Shown piece after piece: positions 50,117-59,567 of a stretch of DNA of 64,000 nucleotides. The stretch lies in the NCBI GenBank assembly GCA_000960865.2, contig JZWU02000004.1:1-64000 (forward strand), written 5' to 3'. How positions within the stretch are numbered: position 1 is the first letter of the stretch; each line of letters starts with the position of its first letter. Both the position numbers and the translations under genes were made by a program. The notes beneath the pieces are model-generated. The model ran no database searches. It was not told where the DNA came from and saw nothing but the letters and a program-made list of their open reading frames with translations. This DNA is from Vulcanisaeta sp. AZ3. GTDB taxonomy: Archaea > Thermoproteota > Thermoprotei > Thermoproteales > Thermocladiaceae.

Positions 50117-50779
50117 ATGCTTAATTATGCTATTCAATTATTATCATTTAGTATGGGTACTTATTACTTAAGGACTCCCATAATAGATGATGATGTGGTT
50201 AAATTAAGTGTTGGCGATACAATATACATAAGTGGTACCCTTGTCAGTGCGAGGGATGCGGCCCACGTTAGAATAATCGAAGCGATAAGGAAAGGCGAGA
50301 AGCTACCTATCGATTTAAGGGGTGGAGTTATTTATCATGCAGGCCCTGTGGCAGTGAAGCAAGGCGATACATGGAGGATAATCAGTATGGGGCCTACAAC
50401 AAGTGCAAGAATGGAGGAGTTCGAACCAGAGGTTATTGAGAAACTTGGGGTTAAGTTAGTAATTGGTAAAGGTGGTATGGGTCCTAAGACCACGGAAGCC
50501 ATGAAGAAGTTTAAAGCAGTATACGCAATATTCACTGGTGGTGCTGGGGTCTTGGCTGCCCAAGCTATTAAGAGGGTTCTTGGTGTTAATTGGCTTGATC
50601 TAGGCATTGCAGAGGCCATGTGGATACTTGAAGTTGAGAATTTCGGACCGTTGACCGTAGTCATCGATTCCCACGGGAATAATTATTATGAGGATCTAAG
50701 AAGAAATGTGAGGGAAAAGGTTAAGGATCTGTCTGAGGATGTTAGGAGAACAATAAATGATGTACTCTCCCAACACTAG
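50117..50779 (+). CDS. Class I fumarate hydratase / tartrate dehydratase beta subunit (start likely 50153)
   Basis: ARDAAH, YHAGP, GPTTSARME, IGKGGM, DLGIAEA, IDSHGN. Confidence 0.92.
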   Translation: MLNYAIQLLSFSMGTYYLRTPIIDDDVVKLSVGDTIYISGTLVSARDAAHVRIIEAIRKGEKLPIDLRGGVIYHAGPVAVKQGDTWRIISMGPTTSARMEEFEPEVIEKLGVKLVIGKGGMGPKTTEAMKKFKAVYAIFTGGAGVLAAQAIKRVLGVNWLDLGIAEAMWILEVENFGPLTVVIDSHGNNYYEDLRRNVREKVKDLSEDVRRTINDVLSQH

Positions 50780-51546
50780 GTTATTATTTCACGTATTAAG
50801 TCTCTCTCCGTAACGATACCCATTAATTTGCCTCTCTCGACGACTGGTAGGGAACTTACATTATTGTTCCTCATTAGGTTTACTGCATCAATAACGTATG
50901 CGCCCGGGTCTATTGTAATTGGATTATGACTCATTATGGAACTGATAGACAGGCCTAGGTCAATTCCCTTGCCCACTTCAACGTGCTTCATTAGGTGTCT
51001 CAGTATGTCTCTAATAGAGACTACACCCATGACCCTGTCACCTCTGGCTATTAGTAAATGACGTATATCATGAGTTGCCGCCGTCTTTATGGAGTCATTT
51101 ATTGAGGAATCGAGGTCAAGAACTACGGGTTTTCCACTCATTACATCAAAAATCCTACGTCTACTGAATAATTGAGCCGGAATCTTATGGACTAAGTCCC
51201 TCTCTGTAATAATACCAATTACAGTATCACCATCAAAGACTAGGGCTGCATCCATTCTTTCATTAATCATCTTTTTCACGATGTCATTAACGTCATCACT
51301 TTGCGATGCCTTAATGAAGTTCGCAATCAATGAAGCATCTCTCACATACCCACTAAGTACCTGGATACCCATCTTATCAACATCTTTAATTATACTTAAT
51401 GCTGTGATGAGACCTACTACTGTATTGTCTCTAATGATCGGTACATGTCTAAATCCGTGATTTACCATGAGGCTTACGGCATCGATTAACTTAGCATCAG
51501 CATCTAATGTGATCACTCTTTTGGTCATTAGGTCTCTAATAAGCAT
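50776..51546 (-). CDS. CBS-domain protein (4 CBS)
   Basis: RHVPI, GIITERDL, GVVSIRDI, GIVTERDL. Confidence 0.92.
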   Translation of the reverse strand: MLIRDLMTKRVITLDADAKLIDAVSLMVNHGFRHVPIIRDNTVVGLITALSIIKDVDKMGIQVLSGYVRDASLIANFIKASQSDDVNDIVKKMINERMDAALVFDGDTVIGIITERDLVHKIPAQLFSRRRIFDVMSGKPVVLDLDSSINDSIKTAATHDIRHLLIARGDRVMGVVSIRDILRHLMKHVEVGKGIDLGLSISSIMSHNPITIDPGAYVIDAVNLMRNNNVSSLPVVERGKLMGIVTERDLIREIIT

Positions 51547-51667
51547 AAATATTCATAGTAACTTACATGACTTAGTTATTATATTTTACTACAAGGTACA
51601 CATGTTAAACTCAGTAGAATTGCTATACCCATAAGCTTAATAATTTAATGAGCCCTAGAGGAGGCGG

Positions 51668-53170
51668 ATGCTTAAAGGGCTTATAATCAACATACTAGGT
51701 CCTGTTAACCTACCTGACTTTCCCAGGGAATTCCACGATGTAATGGTTAAGTTCGGGGTTTTTAAGGTATTCATTGGTGGTTCTTGGATAGACTTTGGTA
51801 ACTACATGCCTGTTAAGTCGCCGATAAATAATGAAGTTATCGCCCAGGTGAACAAACTAGAGCCTGAGCATGTTGATTCAGCGGTTGAAAAGCTTCATGA
51901 ATCCTGGAGTTCTCTCAAGGGTATCCCAGCCCATAGGAGGGCTGATATGTTGGTGAAGGTTGCGGATTTCATAAGTGAGTATAAGGATTTATTCCGTGAC
52001 ATACTGATTATTGAGGGAGGTAAGCCAATCAATGAGGCTGAGGGTGAGGTTCAATCAACAATAACAAGATTAAGAATGGTGCATCAAGACTTGGGTAGAT
52101 TATTAGATGTTGGAATACCTGGTGAGTTTGGTGCTGGTACTGAGAATAAGTATGCAGTTGTTGTTAGGGAGCCTGTGGGTGTAGTTGCTGCAATAGCCCC
52201 ATTCAATTACCCGTTGTTCACGCCAATGGTTAAGATAGCCACTGCATTACTGGCGGGTAACCCAGTGATACTCAAGCCCTCCAGTTACACACCAATTATT
52301 GGTATTCTCATGGCAAAGGCTATTGAGTATGCAGGGTTAGGCAACTACTTTGCCTTGGTAACAGGGCCTGGGGCAAGTGTCGGTGATGCCTTAGTAACAC
52401 ATCCATTAGTTAGGGCAATATCCCTAACCGGTAGTACAGATACAGGGCTTAGGGTTCTCAGGATGGCAGGCTTAAAGAAGGTTCAGCTTGAGCTTGGGGG
52501 TAAGGCACCAGCCATAGTCCTCGAGGACGCAGACCTAAGGCTAGCCGCCAATAAAATAGTCACAGGTTCTCTTAGATTATCTGGACAGAGGTGTGACGCA
52601 ATTAGTAGGGTAATAGCGGTTGATGACGTTGCCGACGAGTTAAGTGAGTTAATTGTTAAGGAGGTGGAGAGGTGGCGTATTGGTGATCCAAGGGATCCAA
52701 AGGTTAGTATGGGTCCATTAATAAGCGTTAATGCTGCAGAGAGGGTCTCTTCAATGATTGATGACGCGCTTGCTAAAGGTGGTAAGTTAATCTACGGCGG
52801 TAACTACTGGTTAACTTATCACGAGGCTTCTGTGATCGACCACGTAGATAGAAAGGCCAGGCTTGCAGTTGAGGAGACCTTTGGCCCCGCAATACCAATA
52901 ATTAGGGTTAAGAATGTTGAGGAGGCCATTCAAGTGGCTAATGAGGTTAGGTATGGTTTAGATGCCGCAATCTTCGGCAAGGATTTAGCCGCATTATGGC
53001 GTGTCGCTAGGTCTCTTGAGGTTGGTGAGGTTACATTTAATGATTTTCCGAGGCATGGTCTTGGCCTATTCCCATTTGGTGGTGTTAAGGATTCTGGAGT
53101 TGGTCGTGAGGGTGTTGGATTTTCTATTGAAGATTTTACTGAGTTAAAGACTATAGTAATGACGTATTAG
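51668..53170 (+). CDS. gapN: Non-phosphorylating glyceraldehyde-3-phosphate dehydrogenase (GAPN)-like aldehyde dehydrogenase
   Basis: REPVGVVAAIAPFNYPL, LELGGK, GQRCDAI, DFPRHGLGLFPFGG resembling Thermoproteus GAPN. Confidence 0.75.
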   Translation: MLKGLIINILGPVNLPDFPREFHDVMVKFGVFKVFIGGSWIDFGNYMPVKSPINNEVIAQVNKLEPEHVDSAVEKLHESWSSLKGIPAHRRADMLVKVADFISEYKDLFRDILIIEGGKPINEAEGEVQSTITRLRMVHQDLGRLLDVGIPGEFGAGTENKYAVVVREPVGVVAAIAPFNYPLFTPMVKIATALLAGNPVILKPSSYTPIIGILMAKAIEYAGLGNYFALVTGPGASVGDALVTHPLVRAISLTGSTDTGLRVLRMAGLKKVQLELGGKAPAIVLEDADLRLAANKIVTGSLRLSGQRCDAISRVIAVDDVADELSELIVKEVERWRIGDPRDPKVSMGPLISVNAAERVSSMIDDALAKGGKLIYGGNYWLTYHEASVIDHVDRKARLAVEETFGPAIPIIRVKNVEEAIQVANEVRYGLDAAIFGKDLAALWRVARSLEVGEVTFNDFPRHGLGLFPFGGVKDSGVGREGVGFSIEDFTELKTIVMTY

Positions 53171-53171
53171 T

Positions 53172-53219
53172 TCAGTCCCTGACCCACCAATCACCAGATC
53201 AGTTGCCTTACTTCATCAT
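53172..53219 (-). ncRNA. Box C/D guide sRNA
   Basis: ATGATGA-AGTAAGGCAA-CTGA-TC-TGGTGA-TTGGTGGGTCAGGGA-CTGA, intergenic. Confidence 0.8.
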
Positions 53220-53259
53220 TTAATGATTCTCTTCTCGAGTCAAGGATTTAAAAATAATT

Positions 53260-53955
53260 TTGCATGGTGATAATGTGGAGAGGCTTGCCAAGTCGTTAAT
53301 TGCGTTATCTAAGGAGGGTGTATTCTCGAGAGAGTCTCTTGAGGAGTTAAGCGGTTTCAAGGGATCTTTAATTGATTACTTTCTAGATAGTTTGTTGAGT
53401 GAGGGGGTCTTGGTTAAGGTAGGTGATGGCTATAAATCAAGCTTACCGCCTCATAGATTAATTAAGTACTTCATGGAAAAAGGGCTAAATGTTGATCTTG
53501 AGGAATTAAGTGGTCTACTTCCATGGGATGAGTTTGAGGCCTTAATAAGGCTTATCTTCGAGGAGTGGGGATTCCGCGTGGTTAGTAGGTTGAGGGTTCC
53601 TGCGATGGGGACTAGAGTGGAGTTTGATGTAATTGCCTTCAAGGAGCCCAGGGTATTACTAATAGAGGCTAAACGTTGGAGGAGAATTTCCTCAAGTATA
53701 TCTATGATAGTTGAGAAGCATTTGAAAAAGGTTGAGCTGGTTTCTAGGAAACCAGAAGTACTCATGAATAGGTTAGGTGTCAGATGGGGCGAAGCGTTAC
53801 TAATACCCATCATCGTTACTTGGCATAAGATTGCGATGCAAGTGATTGATGGAATGCCAATAGTCAGTATTTATCAAGTGAATTCCTTCATAATGGAGCT
53901 TGATGCTATTATTGATAGAATAAGGATTTTCAAGGTCTCCTGGAGTCGCCTTTAA
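53260..53955 (+). CDS. Mrr-like PD-(D/E)XK nuclease with putative N-terminal wHTH
   Basis: WDEFEALIRLIFEEWGF...EFDVIA...LIEAKRW. Confidence 0.75.
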   Translation: MHGDNVERLAKSLIALSKEGVFSRESLEELSGFKGSLIDYFLDSLLSEGVLVKVGDGYKSSLPPHRLIKYFMEKGLNVDLEELSGLLPWDEFEALIRLIFEEWGFRVVSRLRVPAMGTRVEFDVIAFKEPRVLLIEAKRWRRISSSISMIVEKHLKKVELVSRKPEVLMNRLGVRWGEALLIPIIVTWHKIAMQVIDGMPIVSIYQVNSFIMELDAIIDRIRIFKVSWSRL

Positions 53956-54103
53956 TCCTACTAATTCTTGCATAGCAGTCTGGGCATGCGTAGACCTTAA
54001 ACACCATACCTAACTCCCTAACCTCATAATCAACGATGTAGTATTCTCTAACCCTCCTCAGACAGAAGAAGCATATAACACCCTTATTACTGGTTCTCTT
54101 CAT
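53930..54103 (-). CDS. 57-aa Zn-finger microprotein (not in ORF track)
   Basis: MKRTSNKGVICFFCLRRVREYYIVDYEVRELGMVFKVYACPDCYARISRIKGDSRRP; start overlaps upstream stop (TAATG). Confidence 0.7.
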   Translation of the reverse strand: MKRTSNKGVICFFCLRRVREYYIVDYEVRELGMVFKVYACPDCYARISRIKGDSRRP

Positions 54104-54717
54104 TATTCAGAACGTTCAGTCTCCTCCTCACTCTTAAGTATAACTGTCATATTAGTCAATTGGTCAATATCTAAATATTGATCATCCACTAACTGAGGTT
54201 CTCTGTACAACCACATGCCTGCGATAAGTAATATTGTGCTTATTAAATACATTACTGATGCAAAACCCACATAGGCATTAATACCCACTAACATGTATAC
54301 ATTAACGTTTGTTAGATAACCATCAGATATGTATATGGGTGTTGGTATAGGCAATGCGAATATTAAGGATAAGGCAAGCATTAGTATGGTTCCTAGTAAA
54401 AACGGATCCGATAAGTTCATAGTAATGCTCCTTCTCACTATGAATAGTGCTATGGATACAACCATCCCTATAAATACGAACAATGGAGATAGATAATTAA
54501 TCATATTAATAAATCCTGAATATCCCCTAGCCTGTATTAACCTTAATGCACCATTTATGTTGCTAATGATTAAGGTTGTGCCTGGTGTTATATTAACCAT
54601 TGTGTTAAGATTTGATAATGCTGAGTTGCTAATTATCATCGGTATCGTTATTCTAATACTTGACATTATGAGAATTACTAGGCCAATCACCACAAATGCA
54701 ATTGCCACTTTCTTCAT
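54103..54717 (-). CDS. Hypothetical membrane protein (~4 TM)
   Basis: Hydrophobic segments, acidic C-tail. Confidence 0.7.
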   Translation of the reverse strand: MKKVAIAFVVIGLVILIMSSIRITIPMIISNSALSNLNTMVNITPGTTLIISNINGALRLIQARGYSGFINMINYLSPLFVFIGMVVSIALFIVRRSITMNLSDPFLLGTILMLALSLIFALPIPTPIYISDGYLTNVNVYMLVGINAYVGFASVMYLISTILLIAGMWLYREPQLVDDQYLDIDQLTNMTVILKSEEETERSE

Positions 54718-54740
54718 TATTAATCATTGAATAGGGTATA

Positions 54741-55652
54741 TTATAAGGTTTTAAGGTTTTCTTTATCGAAATTATTAATCTCGGTTTTCATAATTTTACT
54801 TTTAATAGCGCCCTTTAATTCATAGATTAATGAGTAATCACCATCCATAACCCTCCTAACATTTTCAATCAATGAGTCAATCGGATTCTTAACTAATGAC
54901 TTTTCAAGCAATTTCCTATCAGTATCTAGATGCCTTATTACATTTGCTGGGTCTGCAGATATCGTTGTAAAGTCATAGATGCGAGGTATGGGGATTGCCG
55001 ATAGTTTAGTAGACCAATGGAGTGAATATGGGATCCTAAACATCTTAACCTTAAGCATTGTGTTACCGCCTATTAATGCCTCATCGCCAAGCGCCTGATA
55101 TAGCTCGTTTGACTTAATACTCCTGATAACAGCATCACTAATTATATTTATCAAGACTCTCAGCTCCTCGGCACTAATTCCGCCGGAAAGAAACGCCATT
55201 ATCTTAAAGCCATTCATACCATCAAAAAACACAAGGCTATTCATAAGCCCCAGGTACTCAAGTGCAGTACGTATTGCACTGGTTATCAAGTCCATGAGTT
55301 CCAACCCCCTATTAATAATCCAAGCCTTCCTACTACCCTTCACATCAATTATTACTGTGTCTGCATCCTTAGCGGTGGCACTACTCACAGAGGCCATGAA
55401 ATCAATACCGCCTATCTTAACGAACCTTAGCAATTCGTTCTTATCACTAATTATTATCGGTAATTTGCTGCCATCCTCATGCTTAATTCTGGTCATTACG
55501 GTTATAGAATCACCAGTCTGCCTAATTATGGTAATTCTTCTACCAATTAGAAAGTTCATCATTAAGTCGCCAACAATATCGTAATACTTAAGCGGCCTAA
55601 CCGAGGGCTTAGGTACTATTGGGATTAACTTCCTGGGCATTATCATCACCAA
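54741..55652 (-). CDS. Divergent archaeo-eukaryotic primase (PriS/LigD-Pol)-like protein
   Basis: VIIDVK, FFDGMNGFKI and FRIPYSLHWSTKLSAIPI resemble AEP motifs I, II and III. Confidence 0.5.
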   Translation of the reverse strand: MVMIMPRKLIPIVPKPSVRPLKYYDIVGDLMMNFLIGRRITIIRQTGDSITVMTRIKHEDGSKLPIIISDKNELLRFVKIGGIDFMASVSSATAKDADTVIIDVKGSRKAWIINRGLELMDLITSAIRTALEYLGLMNSLVFFDGMNGFKIMAFLSGGISAEELRVLINIISDAVIRSIKSNELYQALGDEALIGGNTMLKVKMFRIPYSLHWSTKLSAIPIPRIYDFTTISADPANVIRHLDTDRKLLEKSLVKNPIDSLIENVRRVMDGDYSLIYELKGAIKSKIMKTEINNFDKENLKTL

Positions 55653-56433
55653 TGGGCTTGTAGTAATAGGTTAATTTACCGAGTATCCAATCTCTAATTA
55701 TAGTTATTGCAGCATTCCTAATACTTACCTTACCACCCTTTAATAATAAACCCCTCCTCTTGCCAACTAACTCAAGCAATTCCAACGGATCGTCTGAATC
55801 AACACCATACCTATCCATAAAAGCCCTAGGATTGAAGCCCTTAATCCTCATTATTAACTTTATTGCTGATGGCACAGGATCCTCAAGCTTTGAAGGATCC
55901 ACAACACCCTTTATAATGAGCAAAGCATCATCCTTAGCCTCCTCAGGTTGAATGACTCCAGGCGTGTCTACAACAATGAGCCACTGCTTAGCCTTAACTA
56001 ATTGCTCACCAATAGTCCAACCAGGCACTGGGCTAGTCTCCGCTACGTGTCTCCCCTTTAAGTAATTAATTATTGTTGATTTGCCCACATTTGGGTATCC
56101 AACTACCGAAACCCTCACGGGTAACCTAGGGGCATACTGTTTAATCTTTATTATTAGCTTTCTCGTGCCAAGCCTATCCTTAGCACTTATGAATACGGTT
56201 GGATAATTCCTCTCGAGAAAGTTCTTCCACTCCCTAAGTATCTCAATTGGGACTAAATCTGCTTTATTAATGACTATGAGGAGAGGCTTACCTAACCTAT
56301 TCACCAGTTCCTCTAATCTCTTATTCCTAGTTTCCAACGGATCTCTTGCATCCACAACCTCAAGTACCAAATCGCTCATCTCAAGCACTCTCCTAACTCG
56401 GAACCAAGCTTCTCTCCGGCTGACTCTACTCAT
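55609..56433 (-). CDS. Circularly permuted ribosome-biogenesis GTPase (RbgA/YlqF family)
   Basis: DARDP, NKADL, SA, GYPNVGKSTIIN, PGWT, DTPG in G4-G5-G1-G2-G3 order. Confidence 0.92.
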   Translation of the reverse strand: MSRVSRREAWFRVRRVLEMSDLVLEVVDARDPLETRNKRLEELVNRLGKPLLIVINKADLVPIEILREWKNFLERNYPTVFISAKDRLGTRKLIIKIKQYAPRLPVRVSVVGYPNVGKSTIINYLKGRHVAETSPVPGWTIGEQLVKAKQWLIVVDTPGVIQPEEAKDDALLIIKGVVDPSKLEDPVPSAIKLIMRIKGFNPRAFMDRYGVDSDDPLELLELVGKRRGLLLKGGKVSIRNAAITIIRDWILGKLTYYYKPIGDDNAQEVNPNST

Positions 56434-56488
56434 AATCTTATCTGTTGCTTGTAATAATGTTTATAAATATAAAACGTTATTCATATGC

Positions 56489-57109
56489 GTGGCCTTTGAA
56501 AGGCCCATTCCATCGAGACTCACGTTATTAAGACTTAGGAATCAAGAGAGGTTTTACAGAGGTATTAGGAAGACTGTTGAGGATGCCCGCAATGCAACAA
56601 TACAGAGAATTAGGGCAATAATACCAAAACTTGAGTCTGCTAGGAAGGGTGTTTATGAAGAGTTAAGTAAAACTTCATTACTACTTAAGGCAGCAGTTTC
56701 TAAGATGGGCATTGAGGATTATGGAAAGTTAAGTGAGTTAGTTAGACCTACGGTGAATGCAGAGTTCGTAGATATAACAATGGAGGGCTTGAAGTTCAGA
56801 GGTTTAGAGTTTAGGGATATTGTGAGTCCTAACTACGGAATATTCGCAATACCACCTGAGCTAGATAGTGCTTTGTATGGTATTTACAGTAATTTCAGAA
56901 TTATTACAGAAATGATGAACTTAGAAACTCTATTTTACACATTGCTGGCTAGGGTTAGGGAATATCAGAGGATGGTTAATGCAATAGATAACGTCCTTTT
57001 GCCAAGGATAATAGATAATGCTAATTTTGTCAGGTTAAAACTAGATGAAGATGAACGTGAGGAATTCGTAAGGAGAATAATAATCAATAAACTACTCGGT
57101 ACTGGGTAA
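56489..57109 (+). CDS. atpD: A/V-type ATP synthase subunit D (GTG start 56489; the ORF track extends upstream to 56270)
   Basis: PSRLTLLRLR N-terminal helix; YQRMVNAIDNVLLPRI...LDEDEREEFVR signature. Confidence 0.82.
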   Translation: MAFERPIPSRLTLLRLRNQERFYRGIRKTVEDARNATIQRIRAIIPKLESARKGVYEELSKTSLLLKAAVSKMGIEDYGKLSELVRPTVNAEFVDITMEGLKFRGLEFRDIVSPNYGIFAIPPELDSALYGIYSNFRIITEMMNLETLFYTLLARVREYQRMVNAIDNVLLPRIIDNANFVRLKLDEDEREEFVRRIIINKLLGTG

Positions 57110-57149
57110 AAAGGTAAGATTTAAGTAAACAGCTGTTACCTTAATGATA

Positions 57150-57199
57150 GTGACGAGAGGAGGGATGTGCAGATCGATGAAGATGGATTTGAACGCAGA
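57150..57199 (+). ncRNA. Box C/D sRNA, probable tRNA Cm56 guide
   Basis: GTGACGA-GAGGAGGGATGTG-CAGA-TCGATGA-AGATGGATTTGAACG-CAGA; D guide complementary to tRNA GTTCRAATCC with the fifth nt pairing C56. Confidence 0.7.
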
Positions 57200-57223
57200 T
57201 TAATTAAGAACCCTCCTAATACC

Positions 57224-57793
57224 CTACGAAATTAGGTTCTTTATGAATTTACTGAAGTATATTATCTCGAGATATTCTAGGTTGGCAGCTATGAAAAGTA
57301 GAACCACAGATATTGCGTAGTAAATCAATAATGTTATTAAATCGTTCTTACTAATCGAACCCTTATTGCGTAATGCTCTGAATAATTTTAGGGTGAATGT
57401 GATGGAGCCCGTTGTTGAGAATGCGTAGGCGAGTAACTCAATTATGCCATGAGGAAAAAATAGGGTGACTAATAATGCGGATATTAATACTAATGGTGAA
57501 CTAACTGTGTAAGCTATGTCAACACCCAATATAAATCCAGTTGTTGTCAGAGAGATTATGAAAGCAACAGGACCGATCACCGGTACTGCCATTAAGGTGT
57601 CTATCTCCAGGTTATGGAGGAAGATGCCATTAGGACCTAATTTTACAGCACTCAATAATTCATTCTTTATTACATTAATGGTTGACTGACTTATTAAGCG
57701 AGGGCCAATATAGAAGCCAATTATTGATAAAATAACCATAATTACAAGCTCAAGCATATACACAATAAAGACGTTCTTAATACTAATATTCAT
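57224..57793 (-). CDS. SpoIIM (DUF95) family membrane protein
   Basis: IFLHN, PHGIIELLAY, LLFIAANLE. Confidence 0.85.
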   Translation of the reverse strand: MNISIKNVFIVYMLELVIMVILSIIGFYIGPRLISQSTINVIKNELLSAVKLGPNGIFLHNLEIDTLMAVPVIGPVAFIISLTTTGFILGVDIAYTVSSPLVLISALLVTLFFPHGIIELLAYAFSTTGSITFTLKLFRALRNKGSISKNDLITLLIYYAISVVLLFIAANLEYLEIIYFSKFIKNLIS

Positions 57794-57804
57794 GTACTTA
57801 CCAC

Positions 57805-58683
57805 CTAACCGTTAATGTTTTGATACATGAACCTCTGCGTTGCTAGATTATTCACGAACGTGGAAAGCTGTGTAGGTGTATACGTATCATCATAAGCCCC
57901 GCTCACTGAGTTATAACCTAGTATAAACACTACCGGTGAGTTAACAGATGAGGTACCTAATGGCGCTTGCGTGTAAAATGGTTGTACATAATATGCATTA
58001 AGTATGACACCAACACTGGTTTGATACTTCGTAATGATATTCTCATATTTGTTCACACAATTTGTTACGTTCATATTTATACTCATTTGATTCAGCATAT
58101 TTTGTATTAAGGTTGTACTTGTTAGGCTTGCTACTTTAGTGGCATTGGAACCCACATAGGAAGCTACCTCCCTTAGGAATAATAATGCATTATCCTTATT
58201 TGTTGAATTATAGTATAGGCAATATGCCACAGACGCTACATTAGTCTCTGCAAGGGTCATTGGAGATGAACCAGTACCCATAAATGAGAATAGGTTGAAG
58301 GCTATTTCATACTGCACAAGGCCTGACTTTGTTGAATTTAGCATGTAGTTTATGTTTGATAGCGTGAAGTTAGTGCCAGGCGGCATGATTGGATTGTATA
58401 TTATTAGTACTTTGATGGGTGCTGTATTCGGTCCATAAACGAGACTATAGTTGGTGAATAATTTATATATTGATGATGCATTTAGTAATTGAAAGTATGG
58501 AGGCCACGCAATAATATTCACCTGATAAGAGCCTATGCCCAGCGGCAATGTTATTATCGTTGTGCCTCTATGTAATGTTGTTGGCGGTGCTACAACCTTA
58601 ACAAGTATGAAATATGTAACTACAGCAGCTAGTGCAATTACTAAGGCCAGTATTGTCATCCCAATTACCTTATTAACATCCAT
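57805..58683 (-). CDS. Membrane-anchored extracellular DsbA/thioredoxin-like protein lacking CxxC
   Basis: N-terminal TM; [34 protein letters not shown]; N/S/T-rich with many N-x-S/T. Confidence 0.55.
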   Translation of the reverse strand: MDVNKVIGMTILALVIALAAVVTYFILVKVVAPPTTLHRGTTIITLPLGIGSYQVNIIAWPPYFQLLNASSIYKLFTNYSLVYGPNTAPIKVLIIYNPIMPPGTNFTLSNINYMLNSTKSGLVQYEIAFNLFSFMGTGSSPMTLAETNVASVAYCLYYNSTNKDNALLFLREVASYVGSNATKVASLTSTTLIQNMLNQMSINMNVTNCVNKYENIITKYQTSVGVILNAYYVQPFYTQAPLGTSSVNSPVVFILGYNSVSGAYDDTYTPTQLSTFVNNLATQRFMYQNING

Positions 58684-58776
58684 ACCTATGCTCTCCGTAC
58701 ATTAAGCGATCACTTTATTAAGGATTACTCACGCTCACCCACACCCTCTAGATCATTAGAGAAATGTTTAAATTAC

Positions 58777-59010
58777 ATGCGATTCCACGAATTACCAATG
58801 GCAATATCCAGAGTTGAGAGACCGAAGCCTGCGCTGTATGGACCAAACGTACCAGTGTGCACTTCATGCGGTAAGCCCATTAAACCCTATGAGAGGGCTA
58901 CTCACTTCTTATGCCCGAACTGTGGTAAGGCAGAGATCTGGAGGTGCGAGCATTGCAGGAGGACTGGCAATCCATATAGATGCCCAGTCTGTGGTTTTGA
59001 GGGACCTTAA
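58777..59010 (+). CDS. Zn-ribbon protein, DUF1610/HVO_2753 family
   Basis: CTSC...[26 protein letters not shown]. Confidence 0.9.
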   Translation: MRFHELPMAISRVERPKPALYGPNVPVCTSCGKPIKPYERATHFLCPNCGKAEIWRCEHCRRTGNPYRCPVCGFEGP

Positions 59011-59041
59011 TTCATTTAAATCATCAAATGAGTTACATACC

Positions 59042-59449
59042 TTAGCGATTAAGGTGGGAAGATTTATCGTTCTTCCAATCGCTGAATGGTCTTGGAAATA
59101 ACTCCTTAAGGCTATGTTTAATGACTTGATCATTATGAATGATTATAACCTCCTCAACACCAAACTCGCTCATTACTTGTAGACAAGCACCACAGGGATA
59201 TATTGGTTTATCAAGATTTGATGTTAAGACCACAGTCTTGATCTTTCTCTCACCATTTGATACGGCGTTGAAGATTGCAACTCTCTCGGCACATATTGTT
59301 AATCCCAGCGATGCGTTTTCCACATTAACACCGCGATAAACCTTACCCTCTGGTGTTATTGCTAGAGCACTAACTTTAATGTTACTGTACGGTGCATATG
59401 AGTACCTTAACCCATCCTTAACAATCTCAATCCACTCCTTCGGTATCAT
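59042..59449 (-). CDS. cdd: Cytidine deaminase
   Basis: YAPYS, GVNVENAS, CAERVA, PCGACLQ. Confidence 0.95.
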   Translation of the reverse strand: MIPKEWIEIVKDGLRYSYAPYSNIKVSALAITPEGKVYRGVNVENASLGLTICAERVAIFNAVSNGERKIKTVVLTSNLDKPIYPCGACLQVMSEFGVEEVIIIHNDQVIKHSLKELFPRPFSDWKNDKSSHLNR

Positions 59450-59567
59450 TAATTCCTAGATATCTCATCTCTTCATTTAAGCCTTTGACTACTTTGGGAG
59501 ACCTCCCACGTAATTTTTAGCAATGCTTTAAATACTCCATCCTTCGTATTATGATTGGTGATATGGT

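Noticed and set aside
56270-56488. N-terminal extension of the atpD ORF
   Set aside because: Antisense shadow of the GTPase gene; subunit D similarity starts at GTG 56489, just after a TATA-like box
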